A stretch of DNA of 59,761 nucleotides, the filler included. It is 4 parts of 4 records of this genome, joined end to end, with 100 filler letters (N's around TTAATTAATTAA, not from the genome) between each part and the next. Parts side by side here need not be neighbours in the genome. Positions count along the whole stretch, not along the records: positions 1 to 29,239 come from DRR378314_141; positions 29,340 to 45,926 come from DRR378314_147; 2 more parts are not named here. One strand, given 5' to 3'. Made by a program: the position numbers and the translations under genes. A model generated the notes under the pieces. The model saw nothing but the letters and a program-made list of their open reading frames with translations. It made no database searches and was not told the origin of the DNA. Each line of letters opens with the position of its first letter. The stretch's first letter is position 1. Shown piece by piece: positions 24,701 to 34,882 of the stretch.

Positions 24701-25894
24701 TGTATCGCACCGTCAGCTTCGTCACGAATGGCAGCCCGCGCATACACTGTAACGCCGTGCAGCGTCCACAAGTAGTGCAACGGAGCAACTACTCGGAGTG
24801 CTCCCATTTCAGGCTGCTCCGCAGGCGATTCGCGGGCGGCATCCAACAACGAGCCGCGGCGTAGCTCCTCGGTCGCGCTCGCGACCTCGTCCTCGTCGGT
24901 GCTGCTGCTCGCAGCGCCCGGCGCGCCGGCAGGTTCCACTTCGCAGGCAGCATCCGCAGACGCGCACGCCAGCAGCGCCTGTATGCGAGCGTCGCCGATA
25001 ATGGATGCGACTTTATTCGAGGCAGACAGGCACTTGCGCTGTACATGATTGTGAGATACTTCGTACCGGATACCGCGTATCGTGTGAACGCTGCGCGTCC
25101 CGCTTTCGCCCGCGCTCTCGTCGTCGCCGGCAATGTCCGCCTGCGCCAAGAACTGCAGCACGAGACATGAAACGCGCGGCAATCCCAGCGAAACCCCACC
25201 ACGCAGGAGTAAGACGCCGCTCCCAAGCACAGCCCGCCCAGCCAACGAATAGAGCAGAAGCTAAAGCAAACCAAAAACACGCCCACCTTACCGGCACCTG
25301 AGCCCCAATTCCCATACGCACACGACTAAGTCCGCCAGATGTAATCTTGTTGAAGCCGGCTGGAGAAAAACGACACGTAGCCACGGCGCTCCCCTGTCGC
25401 CACGCACACGTCGCGGAAGGCGGAGCAGCCAGCCTGGGCGCGGCGCCGGTGCGGCCTGCCCAGTGAGCGAGCGCCCGCACCGCGAGCAAGCAGGCGGGGA
25501 GGAGTGGAAGCGGAGAGGCAGAAAACGTGCCAGCGCCTACGAGCTTGACGCAACGAGAAGCACCGGCGCACGCCAACGAAAGGACACGCGCGAGGAGACC
25601 CCGCCGATCGAAGACATCCTATACGTTTGTTAATACAGATGAAGCGACTGAATTACGGTCGACTGCGTGAAAAGAAGCGCGTTCAAGCAAAGCCCACGCT
25701 GGGTGCGCTTCGAGTGATGCAACGCTGCCATGCCAGGCGCCGAGGTCTTCACGTACCGCAGCGACAGAGTTGACCTCGTTCGCGAAGCGCTGGTGCAACG
25801 CAGCAAGCGCATGCCAAGCCTCGTGGCTCATTGGCTGTGACAGCAGCTGTGTTTCCACTTGCATTTGTTCCTCGAACCATTCCGTCGAAGGCAT
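21705..25894 (-). CDS. Divergent CLU (clustered mitochondria/TIF31)-like protein with a TPR-like helical region and C-terminal WD40 repeats
   Basis: CLU-central-like motif LHRMGLSIRHMGRV...LFVEMAARAAKAEVR; CLU-like APLHYLWTLHGVTVYA and DLAGVLP...RFVRPE; WD40 units GHSSEIT...SASDDATVRVW and GHSAEVT...SASQDGTVRIW. Putative first exon MPSTEWFEEQ at 25894. Confidence 0.7.
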
Positions 25895-26880
25895 TCTGCC
25901 GACCGGGTGCGATTCTCGCGGCGGCAGGCGCGCGCGACACAGCGTACGCCTGGCGCGCGCACGCGGCCGCGGCAGTGCGTAAACCAGGGGTATAGCCATG
26001 AACCCTACTTCTGAACCGGTCCCAGACGCTCTCGGTCGAGCAGGCGCGACGTTGGCACATTTCCTTGCCACAGCTCGGCTCGCACAGGGTCGCGTGGAAT
26101 GCTTTCTATTTTTTCCTATTATTTGTTTGGTCGAGGAACTGTAAGTAGGCGGGGCCTGTTATCTCTTGCAATGCAATCGCGGCACATTTTCCGCATGCAG
26201 CACGTGCGCCACGGTCCCTGTGCACGTGCGTATCGTGGAAAGCCGACGGCATGCGGCGCGACAAGCTGGGAAATCGATCCTCAAAGTAACGAGAACACGC
26301 GAGGCGCATGGAAATTCGTTTATGAAAGCCACAAGCACCGCGCATGCGGCCCGCTCCAAACACATCGGAACACCTGGTGAACAAGATGACGCGACAGAGC
26401 GCCATACCGGTGGCACGTCAAGGAGCCCATGCCTGCGTGCGCAACGGGCCTGTTCGCGGACACTAGCGAACACAAAAACAACACCACCACCGCCAGCAGC
26501 AGCAGCAGGTAGCAACCAGCAAGCAAATCGTACCAAACATGGACAGAGAACACGTTCTCCAAAGTAACAAAATTACAGGCGAAAGAAAAAAGACAAACAA
26601 AATACTGCGCAACCGCGCTGGTACATGCACGTGGGCTGCAGCGCAGAATGCTCGCTCGCGCAGCCGCAGCGGACTCTGGCCTCTCTGTCTGAAATGAGAG
26701 CATTCTTCGCACAACGCGCATAAACCGACGGCGCACATGCGACCTGCCTCAGCAGGCACGGCAACTTGCGCGCACAACATCTTCTTTGACAAGAAAAGGC
26801 AGCATGCCAGCGGTAGTCGCTTGAATACATCATCCAAGCTCCTTGATCACCCGCGCAACGAAAGCAGCCCCAAGGCGGTC

Positions 26881-29129
26881 TTATTCGTCGTCTTGATGGT
26901 CCAGGGAGTAAAACGGTGTGTTGCCCATGTACGTGACATTCAGCGTCGGGAAGCTCGCCGGGAAGCGATCCTCTGCAGAGCGCACCCCAGAAGCACAGCG
27001 CCGGATCATACGTCAGCGAACACGAAAGCGCGGCAGCAGATCTTCCAGAGGCGACAGGCAGCAAACGAGCAATTTGTAGCTCAGGCCAGAGGGCAAACGG
27101 AAAGCGGGAACACAACGAGCAACGGGCACGGCAAGGGAAACACAAGTGAAGCGAACGTAAGCGTCCAGGACGCAAGAAACGCGAGACTTTCTTCCCCCTG
27201 CTCGCCAGCATAATCCAGCACGGCCTACCATTGCCAGCACCCCAGCATGTACGTACTGTATTTCGCGCGGAATTGCGTAAATAGATCCGGGAGATTCTCC
27301 TTCATATGAACATGCTTATCTTCCATTTTCAGCAAAATGTCGCAAGAAATCTCCTGGACTGCGCTATTGCCCTGTAAACCAGGCAAGGCGAAGAAAGCAT
27401 AGAGTGCATTGCGTCAGCACGAGAGCAAACCTCAGGGGAGATGTAAATACAAACAGAAAAAAAAGTGGCAGTAGGGCAAATGATGCACCCCACAGCGCCA
27501 AGGGACTGCAAAAGCATACGCACATCGACATCGCTAGTAGCATTTACCCCGGTGGCGCAATACGCTCGAGAACACCCTCTTGCCGGTATGCGCATCCAGT
27601 ACAAAGGGCACAGCCGCAACGGGAGACGAACCTTGCGCAGGACCTTTTGCATATCGTGCAGAAGATCCCAAGTCGAAAGCTCTGCGAAGAACTCGTACGA
27701 AGAGAAGTCAAGCGCACAGTCCATCAACTGCAAACGCGCATTCGGCAACAAGGGCATACACATAATTAGGCACGCACAAAAGAACCGAAAACGAACGGTG
27801 AAGCATGTTTACCCGCGCTCACGTATGGGCAACCAAAAAAAAAAAACGCCGCCACGATAGCATCCCACTCCACACGTGTGCAAAGCAGCGACAACCGCGA
27901 CGTACCGTGAGAGACAGTAGCCGAACCTCGTCGTTGTCCTTGCGGAGACGCTTCTGAATCGCACGAGCAACCTGCAGTCATGGCAAAAAAAAATCGCATG
28001 CACCACAGGCAGACTCACATTCTCAAAAATAACAAAACTCGCGCGAAAATTTGCAAAGCCGTGTGTGTACTGATGGCGCTCCACACTTCGGTCAGCCTGC
28101 TGCAGGAGTCTTTTCGGTCGCAGAGAAGCGCACAATAGCGCCAAGCTCCCGCGTAATTCGTCTGCTGGACCATTGCTTGGACTGCTACTGCTTTCCGCTG
28201 TCTCTTGCCTCTTTCTTGCTTCCGTATGCTCAACAACGGAAACTGGAAGCGACAGCCACTTTCATTTCTTTTTTCTCGCGGTTGCTCTGGAAATGGCTGG
28301 CCGACCCGGACTAATTCTGCGCTCTCGTGTATGGTACAGCTCGCCCAGCGCTACATGCGCAGCCAAGCTTGCGGAACGCCGATTCACTGGCAACGCATGC
28401 CGCCAGCGATGGAAACGTACGTCGCGATGAGACTTGGTATCCACAACGAGACGTTCGCAAATGACACGGTTCATGCGATCATCAGGCGCAACGAGTTTGC
28501 GGTCGGTTGCCTGTGTAGAGACAGGGCCAACCGAGACGACCGGAACCCAAAACGACATGGGACCACATAGTAAGCATTGGTGCCAGCGTCACAGAGGACA
28601 CCCCGCCGATTGGAAGAAGCGCCCGCCTAGTGCCACTGTTGCCGCAGGACGAAACGAAAAACCATTAGAGCCTGAAAAATCGTCCTGCTATTTCCTTCTT
28701 ACGCGGAAACCGCATTGTGCAACGCGCACGCACGGGCGGCAGCGAAGGAGAAAGCCAGATTGTGCATACCTTGGCCACAAGCTTCGATAGCTTTGTCGAG
28801 TACAGTGCGGCTTCTTCTTTGGATCCCTTACTGCCTTTTTGGGCCTTCGCCGATAAATCACTGTGCGGAACCAACCATGAAGCCAAAGTAGTGCGGACAA
28901 GACGAGCGACGCGTCAGGCATGCCTCCTCCCGCGAACAGACCCCACATGCTGCTCGCGTCACCGGCATTCATAAGCGCCGGGCGCGGCCTCGCCGGTTGG
29001 CGTACACTTTACGTACCGATACAGATCCATAAATGCAGCGTTGTTCGCGCCAATAAGATTGTGGATAGCAAGTCCCCAAGAGTGGAGAATGTGCTCGGCC
29101 ATTTCCTTGGTATCGTCATCGAAAGCGTT
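26881..29129 (-). CDS. Tandem VHS-domain protein (5' end truncated by the contig edge)
   Basis: Spliced product: ...KEMAEHILHSWGLAIHN...FMDLYR|DLSAKAQKG (end of one VHS), then KLVAK|ATDRKLVAPDDRMNRVICERL...|VARAIQKRLRKDNDEVRLLSLT|LMDCALDFSSYEFFAELSTWDLLHDMQKVLRK|GNSAVQEISCDILLKM...KY|KDRFP...DDE* (complete VHS). All junctions are GT-AG and in frame. Confidence 0.8.
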
Positions 29130-29206
29130 CTGAACAAACGGAAACCAAACGCGTACAACAGGGCACAGTGGACCAAGACAATGCCCAGGCTTAGCGAAGA
29201 ACCACA

Positions 29207-29239
29207 TACAACAAACAACCAAACAAACAAACAAACAAA
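29207..29239. repeat. (AAAC)n microsatellite at the end of contig 1
   Basis: Read directly; it abuts the gap. Confidence 0.9.
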
Positions 29240-29339
29240 NNNNNNNNNNNNNNNNNNNNNNNNNNNNNNNNNNNNNNNNNNNNTTAATTAATTAANNNNN
29301 NNNNNNNNNNNNNNNNNNNNNNNNNNNNNNNNNNNNNNN
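29240..29339. other. Artificial contig-joining spacer (N44-TTAATTAATTAA-N44)
   Basis: All-frame stop linker flanked by Ns. Composition and gene style switch from eukaryotic to bacterial across it. Confidence 0.98.
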
Positions 29340-30308
29340 GTGGCAGACCATCAGCATGTCGAGGTGTTCTTCCAGCGTGTTGACCGTGAAGGGCCGGGTC
29401 GGGTTGGTGGAGGACGGCAGCACGTGTTCCTCGCCGCAGATCTTGATGATGTCCGGCGCATGGCCGCCGCCCGCGCCCTCGGTGTGAAAGGCGTGGATGG
29501 TGCGGCCTTTCATGGCGGCAACAGTGTGCTCGACAAAGCCGCTCTCGTTCAATGTATCGGTGTGGATCATCACCTGCACATCCATCGCGTCGGCAACGCT
29601 CAGGCAGCAGTCGATGGCGGCGGGGGTGGTGCCCCAATCCTCGTGCAGTTTCAGCGCGCAGGCCCCGGCGTTGACTTGTTCCTCCAGTGCCGCCGGCAGC
29701 GAGGCATTTCCCTTGCCCGCAAAGGCGAGGTTCATCGGAAAGGCATCCGCCGCCTGCATCATGCGACCAAGGTGCCAGGCACCGGGGGTACAGGTGGTGG
29801 CCAAAGTGCCATGGGCTGGCCCGGTGCCTCCGCCCAGCATGGTGGTGAGGCCCGAGTGCAGCGCGTCCTCGATCTGTTGCGGGCAGATATAATGGATGTG
29901 GCTGTCAAAGCCGCCCGCGGTCAGGATGCGCCCTTCGCCTGCGATCACCTCGGTGCCGGGGCCGACGATGATGTCGACACCCGGTTGCGTGTCGGGGTTG
30001 CCTGCCTTGCCGATCGCTTGGATGCGGCCATCCCGCAGGCCGACATCCGCCTTGTAGATCCCGGTCCAATCAAGGATCAGCGCATTGGTAATGACGGTAT
30101 CCACAGCCCCCGCGGCGCGGGTTGCCTGAGACTGCCCCATGCCGTCACGGATCACCTTGCCCCCGCCGAATTTCACTTCCTCCCCATAGGGACCGGTGAG
30201 GTCGCGCTCCACTTGAACGATCAGATCGGTATCGGCCAGCCGCACACGGTCTCCGGTGGTGGGGCCATACATGGCGGCATAATCGGCGCGGGAGATTTTG
30301 GCGGGCAT
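29340..30308 (-). CDS. ureC: Urease alpha subunit (3' truncated at the gap)
   Basis: [20 protein letters not shown] start; Ni-site motifs [39 protein letters not shown]. Confidence 0.98.
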
Positions 30309-30466
30309 GTCGGGTCTATCCTGCTGTTTAATCTATATTTTTCTTGTCAATGCACGGCGGGATACTGGGTGTTCTGTATCTCGTGCATTTGGGAAGGTTG
30401 TGATGTGTGAAGATTGGGAGGCTCCTGAGCCGTTTCGGCTCGCCCTTCATCAAGGAGCGCCTCTCC

Positions 30467-30589
30467 ATGAAACTCTCGAAGATCATCCAAATGGTACTGT
30501 GTTGCATTATCCTTGCTGACGTCATTCCCGACGAACAAATTGTTTATGTTCAGTTTTTTCTGATTCTGCTTATAGCGGCAGGTCGTTAG
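30467..30589 (+). CDS. Putative 40-aa hydrophobic small protein antisense to the urease operon
   Basis: AAGGAG at 30452-30457 lies 9 nt before ATG 30467. Product MKLSKIIQMVLCCIILADVIPDEQIVYVQFFLILLIAAGR*. It sits in an AT-rich patch. Confidence 0.3.
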   Translation: MKLSKIIQMVLCCIILADVIPDEQIVYVQFFLILLIAAGR

Positions 30590-30607
30590 GTCGTGATCTC
30601 GAAATGA

Positions 30608-30760
30608 CCCGCCCGGACGACAGGCCGGGCCGCGCCCGACCCTCCCCCCGGGAGGGCGCGTTACCACCGTTGAGGTAGGCGAGATCGGTGCTCCGGGGCG
30701 TGAGGGCGCAGTCCTGATAGATGGCAGCAGCGCCCACCCAGGCTCGGTCGCGGCCCTCAG
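30608..30760. repeat. GC-rich multi-hairpin palindromic element (REP/MITE-like)
   Basis: Stems GCCCGG(30611-16)/CCGGGC(30625-30) and CCCTCC(30640-45)/GGAGGG(30651-56). From memory it resembles dispersed intergenic repeats of roseobacters; only one copy is in this window. Confidence 0.5.
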
Positions 30761-30768
30761 CATCTCCA

Positions 30769-31074
30769 TCACAGATCCCCCATCACCTGCTGGTTGAAGC
30801 CATAGATCCGGCGCGCGCCACCAATCGGTATCAGTAGCACTTCGCGGCGCTGACCGGGTTCGAACCGCACGGCGGTGCCCGCAGCGATGTCCAGACGCAG
30901 GCCGTGGGCCGCCGCCCGGTCAAAGTCCAGCGCCGGGTTGGTTTCGGCAAAGTGATAGTGGCTACCCACCTGCACCGGCCGGTCGCCGGTGTTGGCAACC
31001 ATCATCGTGATCACCTCGGCGTCGGCGTTCAGGACCAGATCACCGGGGGGCGGGAACATCTCGCCGGGGATCAT
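30769..31074 (-). CDS. ureB: Urease beta subunit
   Basis: MIPGE...[15 protein letters not shown]...[14 protein letters not shown]. Confidence 0.98.
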   Translation of the reverse strand: MIPGEMFPPPGDLVLNADAEVITMMVANTGDRPVQVGSHYHFAETNPALDFDRAAAHGLRLDIAAGTAVRFEPGQRREVLLIPIGGARRIYGFNQQVMGDL

Positions 31075-31238
31075 TTGCGCCCTCGCATCAGTTTGATGCA
31101 GCCCACCACGATCACCGCAACCACGGCGAGGGCGATCCAGACTTCCGCCCCATGCGGATGGATATGCGCGCCGCCATGGGCCAATGCCGGTCCGGCAGCG
31201 ATCATCAGGGCGAGTGTCAGAGCGGGCAGGTGTTTCAT
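31071..31238 (-). CDS. 55-aa microprotein with signal peptide, His-rich motif and TM helix (below the ORF-track cutoff)
   Basis: [60 protein letters not shown] lies upstream, and its TGA overlaps the ureB ATG (ATGA). Confidence 0.85.
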   Translation of the reverse strand: MKHLPALTLALMIAAGPALAHGGAHIHPHGAEVWIALAVVAVIVVGCIKLMRGRK

Positions 31239-31263
31239 AGGTTTGGGTCTCCAGATTATACTG

Positions 31264-31566
31264 TCAGCGAATGGGATTGTGGACGGTCACCAGCTTGGTG
31301 CCATCGGGAAAGGTGGCCTCGACCTGCACCTCGTGGATCATCTCTGGCACGCCCGCCATGCAGTGATCGCGGGTGATAACCTCGGCGCCCGCCTGCATCA
31401 TCTCTGCCACCGAGCGGCCATCGCGGGCGCCTTCGACCACCGCGTCGGTGATCAACGCGATCGCCTCCGGGTGGTTGAGCTTGACGCCGCGCGCCAGCCG
31501 TTTACGGGCCACTTCGGCGGCCATGGCGACCAGCAGTTTGTCTTTCTCTCTCGGGGTCAGGTTCAT
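31264..31566 (-). CDS. ureA: Urease gamma subunit
   Basis: [12 protein letters not shown]...[20 protein letters not shown], 100 aa. Confidence 0.98.
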   Translation of the reverse strand: MNLTPREKDKLLVAMAAEVARKRLARGVKLNHPEAIALITDAVVEGARDGRSVAEMMQAGAEVITRDHCMAGVPEMIHEVQVEATFPDGTKLVTVHNPIR

Positions 31567-31570
31567 CGCG

Positions 31571-32452
31571 TCAAAGTCTCCAGCAGCGCGGCAGACCGCC
31601 ATTGGTCAGCCGGTCGAGAATGGGCAGAAGGCTCTGGCGCAGGACAAAGCTGTCGGTCGCCAGAAGCCTGAGGTGAAGAAGGTCGGCGGCCAGCAGGGAA
31701 GCGCCCCCGAGGGCCGTGCCGCCAGCGGGCAGGGCGCTGCGGATCCAGTCCAGCGCCCCCTCGGCCTCCGGTGCGGCCAGAACCAATGTGGCCATCGCGC
31801 CGCAAGGGGCCGACAGGACTCCGGCAAGACCGGGGCGGGCCATCTGGGCTGCAATGTCGCCGTGCAAGCGGATCGCGTCATGATAGACCCGCCGACCGGC
31901 ACGAAAGATCTCGATACGATCGTAAAACTGCGCCGACGTCAGCTGCTCTCCCATGGCGGCGCGGCCCAGCACGAGGGGTTCCACCAGCAACAACCGCGCA
32001 TCGGCGGCCAGATCCGCGCGCAGGGACCGACGATAGCTGCTGGTCTGAAACAGGATCGTCTCCTGCGGCAGCCAATTCAATCGTGCGCCACCTGCAACTT
32101 CAAGCGTGGTGACCATCTCGCCGGTCTGATCCGGCTGCGCGCGGTAGACGCGTTCGGCAGCCTGTGTGGTCAGGGTGAGCTGACTGTCCGCACCAGCGGT
32201 TGCCGCAACGGCAAAGCGGTCGCCGCCGGTGATGCCGCCAGCGGTATTGACCATCACCGCCTCCACCGGCGGGCGGCCCTGCGGGAACAACAGCTTCAGC
32301 GCGCCGGATTGGCGCAGCCCATCCAGTGCAACGCACCCATCGGCGCGGCGCTTGGATGACACCATCGCACGACCCACAGCGCGCGGTTGATCCGCCGTCG
32401 CCGATGCGGCCTGCTGCGCGCCCTGCGTGCTGATATGAGCGATGTGAGTGAT
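31571..32452 (-). CDS. ureD: Urease accessory protein UreD (start uncertain, probably ATC at 32452)
   Basis: [37 protein letters not shown] and C-terminal LPRCWRL. GGAGG lies 6 nt before the in-frame ATC. Confidence 0.93.
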   Translation of the reverse strand: MTHIAHISTQGAQQAASATADQPRAVGRAMVSSKRRADGCVALDGLRQSGALKLLFPQGRPPVEAVMVNTAGGITGGDRFAVAATAGADSQLTLTTQAAERVYRAQPDQTGEMVTTLEVAGGARLNWLPQETILFQTSSYRRSLRADLAADARLLLVEPLVLGRAAMGEQLTSAQFYDRIEIFRAGRRVYHDAIRLHGDIAAQMARPGLAGVLSAPCGAMATLVLAAPEAEGALDWIRSALPAGGTALGGASLLAADLLHLRLLATDSFVLRQSLLPILDRLTNGGLPRCWRL

Positions 32453-32612
32453 CGCGCGCCTCCCCCGGTGTGGCGGCCCGCGCACGCTGCGCCGAGGCCC
32501 ACCTTCCGTGACTGTTTTTTCCCAGCCTGGTTGCGAAACTGCCATTTAAGTCCGCAAACTTGTGATGTGGGGGCGGGTCTGTGGCGCATTTTGCGGCGAT
32601 TTGCGCAAAGCC

Positions 32613-32629
32613 TGCTTAAGAATTGAGCA
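32613..32629. promoter_or_regulatory. Candidate NtrC-binding box upstream of the urease operon
   Basis: TGC-TTAAGAATTGA-GCA matches TGC-N11-GCA with an AT-rich core. Urease is known to be NtrC-regulated in Rhodobacter capsulatus. Confidence 0.5.
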
Positions 32630-32833
32630 GTTGAAGAGTCCGGCAATGCTCGCGCGGCCCTCTCCAAGCCATGCGGCGCTGCAATGATATGCATGCGTGT
32701 TCGGATGGCGCAGACAGAGGCTGCGTTTGACGCGGCCTCGGCCCTTATGTCGCGTGCGGCAAGGCTTGGCCTTTGGTGTCGGTGTCGGCTATGCAAGGCA
32801 AAACAAGTGTTTAACATGCAAAGGATGGCGCTC

Positions 32834-33946
32834 ATGACCCCGCTTCAAGGCCTCAAGGTGGTGGAACTCGCCCGTATTCTCGCCGGTCCCTGGATCGGGC
32901 AGGCGCTGGCGGATCTGGGTGCAGATGTGGTGAAGGTGGAAAGCCCCGAGGGCGATGACACCCGCCGCTGGGGGCCGCCCTTCATCGAGCGTGATGGCGA
33001 CAGCACCGCCGCCTATTACTATGCCGCCAACCGGGGCAAAAGCTGCGTGACGGCTGATTTCCGCACGCCCGAGGGGCAGGCGAAGGTGCGCGCGCTGGTG
33101 CAGGATGCCGATATCCTGATCGAGAATTTCAAGGTGGGCGGGCTGGCAAAATACGGCCTGGACTACGCCAGCCTACAGGAGATCAATCCGCGACTGATCT
33201 ATTGTTCAGTCACGGGGTTTGGTCAGGACGGACCTTATGCAACGCGGGCGGGCTATGATTTCCTGTTGCAGGGCATGTCGGGGCTGATGTCGGTCACCGG
33301 CGCCGCCGACGGTGAGCCGCAGAAAGTGGGCGTGGCGATCACCGATGTGGTCACCGGGCTTTATGGCAGCATCGGCATTCTGGCAGCGGTGGAGCAGCGC
33401 CACCGCACCGGGCGTGGGCAGCATATCGATATGTCGCTCTTGGATTGCGCCACGGCGATGCTGGCGAACCAGAACATGAACTACCTCGCGACGGGGGAGA
33501 GCCCCAGCCGCATGGGCAATGAACACCCCAATATCGCGCCCTATCAGGTGATGGCGGTGCGCGATGGCCATGTGATCCTTGCGGTGGGCAATGACGGGCA
33601 GTTTACCCGGCTTTGCGATGTGCTGAACCTCGGTTCACTGAAGGGCGATCCGCGCTTTGCGACCAATCAGCTGCGGGTGGCGAACCGGGGCGACCTGACG
33701 CCGGTTCTGGCGGCGGCGCTGGCGCAGTGGGGCCAGGCGGATTTGCTGGCCGCGCTGGAACAGGCCACGGTGCCTGCCGGGCCGATCAACACCATTGGTC
33801 AGGCTTTTGACGACGCGCAGATCCAGCATCGCGGCATGCAGATCGCCCCCGAGGGCGTGCCCGGCGTGCGCGGCCCATGGGTGTTCTCGGATGCGGAGCT
33901 GGCGCTGGAGCGCTCCGCGCCGGTATTGCCGCGCGACGTAGACTAG
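32834..33946 (+). CDS. CaiB/BaiF family (class III) CoA-transferase
   Basis: PLQGLKVVELARILAGPW, LADLGADVVKVE, GDDTRRWGPP, NRGK, ADILIENF and GYD (catalytic Asp). Confidence 0.95.
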   Translation: MTPLQGLKVVELARILAGPWIGQALADLGADVVKVESPEGDDTRRWGPPFIERDGDSTAAYYYAANRGKSCVTADFRTPEGQAKVRALVQDADILIENFKVGGLAKYGLDYASLQEINPRLIYCSVTGFGQDGPYATRAGYDFLLQGMSGLMSVTGAADGEPQKVGVAITDVVTGLYGSIGILAAVEQRHRTGRGQHIDMSLLDCATAMLANQNMNYLATGESPSRMGNEHPNIAPYQVMAVRDGHVILAVGNDGQFTRLCDVLNLGSLKGDPRFATNQLRVANRGDLTPVLAAALAQWGQADLLAALEQATVPAGPINTIGQAFDDAQIQHRGMQIAPEGVPGVRGPWVFSDAELALERSAPVLPRDVD

Positions 33947-33953
33947 GTGCAGG

Positions 33954-34754
33954 TCAACTGGGCGGGAAGACGTCTGGGGTCAGGGTCAGTGGCGTGTCGC
34001 CTCCAAGCAGGCGGCGGATCTTGGGGTCCAGCCGCGGGCTTTCCTGCGGCAGCGCACCGGTGGCGGCAAGGGCGGCGCGGGCGGTGATTTTCTCCTCCAG
34101 TCGCAGCCAGACTGTGCGGGCCGAGAACGGACGCCGACTGGCCCCGGCGGACACCCCAAGCACCAGCCCCTGCAGGTAGGAGATCTGATGCGGATGCTCC
34201 GGCATCAGGATCGTCTCCGAGATCGCGCCAAGGTCGTTGCGCGGTGCTTCACACAGGCAGATGCGCCCGCCGCGCAGGGCGACCAGACCCTGATACACGC
34301 TGCGCTGCTTTATGCTGCCATCAGCAGCGCGGGCGCGTTCGAATGTGTGGCTGACCACATGGCCGTCCTGTTCCTTCAGATGGATGAGCGAGCGCAGCAC
34401 CTGACCGGGCCAGGTCGGGGTGCGGTAATACCCGTGATAGCTGCCTAGGAAACGGCGCAGGTGGCGCGCCTGATCGGCAAAGCCGCGGCCCAAATGGGTC
34501 AGCGGGGCAGGTAGGTTGGGGGCCGCGACGGGCCTGCGGGCGGCGGCAAAGCGCGCAGGGTCCGCAAACAGATCCGCCTCCGCCACCGCGAAGTGACGGG
34601 CGATGCGGCGCAGGTTGTGGGCGGAGGGCAGCCCCGCGCCCGACAGGTAGCGGTTGAACTGCTGCCGGTTGAGGCCGATCTCGCGGCAGATCTGCGCGAT
34701 GGAGGGGGCCTCGGCACAGAGGAACCGGAGGTTCTGGCTGAATGCGGTGCTCAT
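33954..34754 (-). CDS. XRE-family HTH transcriptional regulator with a C-terminal domain of unknown function
   Basis: FSQNLRFLC...SIAQICREIGLNRQQFNRYLSG...PSAHNLRRIA helix-turn-helix; divergent from the hydrolase. Confidence 0.85.
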   Translation of the reverse strand: MSTAFSQNLRFLCAEAPSIAQICREIGLNRQQFNRYLSGAGLPSAHNLRRIARHFAVAEADLFADPARFAAARRPVAAPNLPAPLTHLGRGFADQARHLRRFLGSYHGYYRTPTWPGQVLRSLIHLKEQDGHVVSHTFERARAADGSIKQRSVYQGLVALRGGRICLCEAPRNDLGAISETILMPEHPHQISYLQGLVLGVSAGASRRPFSARTVWLRLEEKITARAALAATGALPQESPRLDPKIRRLLGGDTPLTLTPDVFPPS

Positions 34755-34775
34755 GACATGCCCTTTCGCGATCCG

Positions 34776-34810
34776 ACGCGAGTATGCGTAAAGATACGTG
34801 CAATTGCGTA
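34776..34810. promoter_or_regulatory. Candidate tandem operator (2 x ACG-N8-CGTA, 20-bp period)
   Basis: ACGCGAGTATGCGTA (34776-34790) and ACGTGCAATTGCGTA (34796-34810) lie between the divergent regulator and hydrolase. Confidence 0.45.
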
Positions 34811-34882
34811 CAAGCGCGCAGTTTCACCTTACGTTGATTTGGCGCAGGGTCGGGGCCAAAGACGCAAGAGCAGGAGGCCGGC

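Noticed and set aside
29284..29295. TTAATTAATTAA (three copies in the window) as a biological repeat or target site
   Set aside because: Each copy has identical N44 flanks; it is an all-frame stop linker.
30328..30525. 65-aa minus-strand ORF upstream of ureC
   Set aside because: It has no well-spaced ribosome-binding site or protein-like features, and it competes with two other frames in the same insert.
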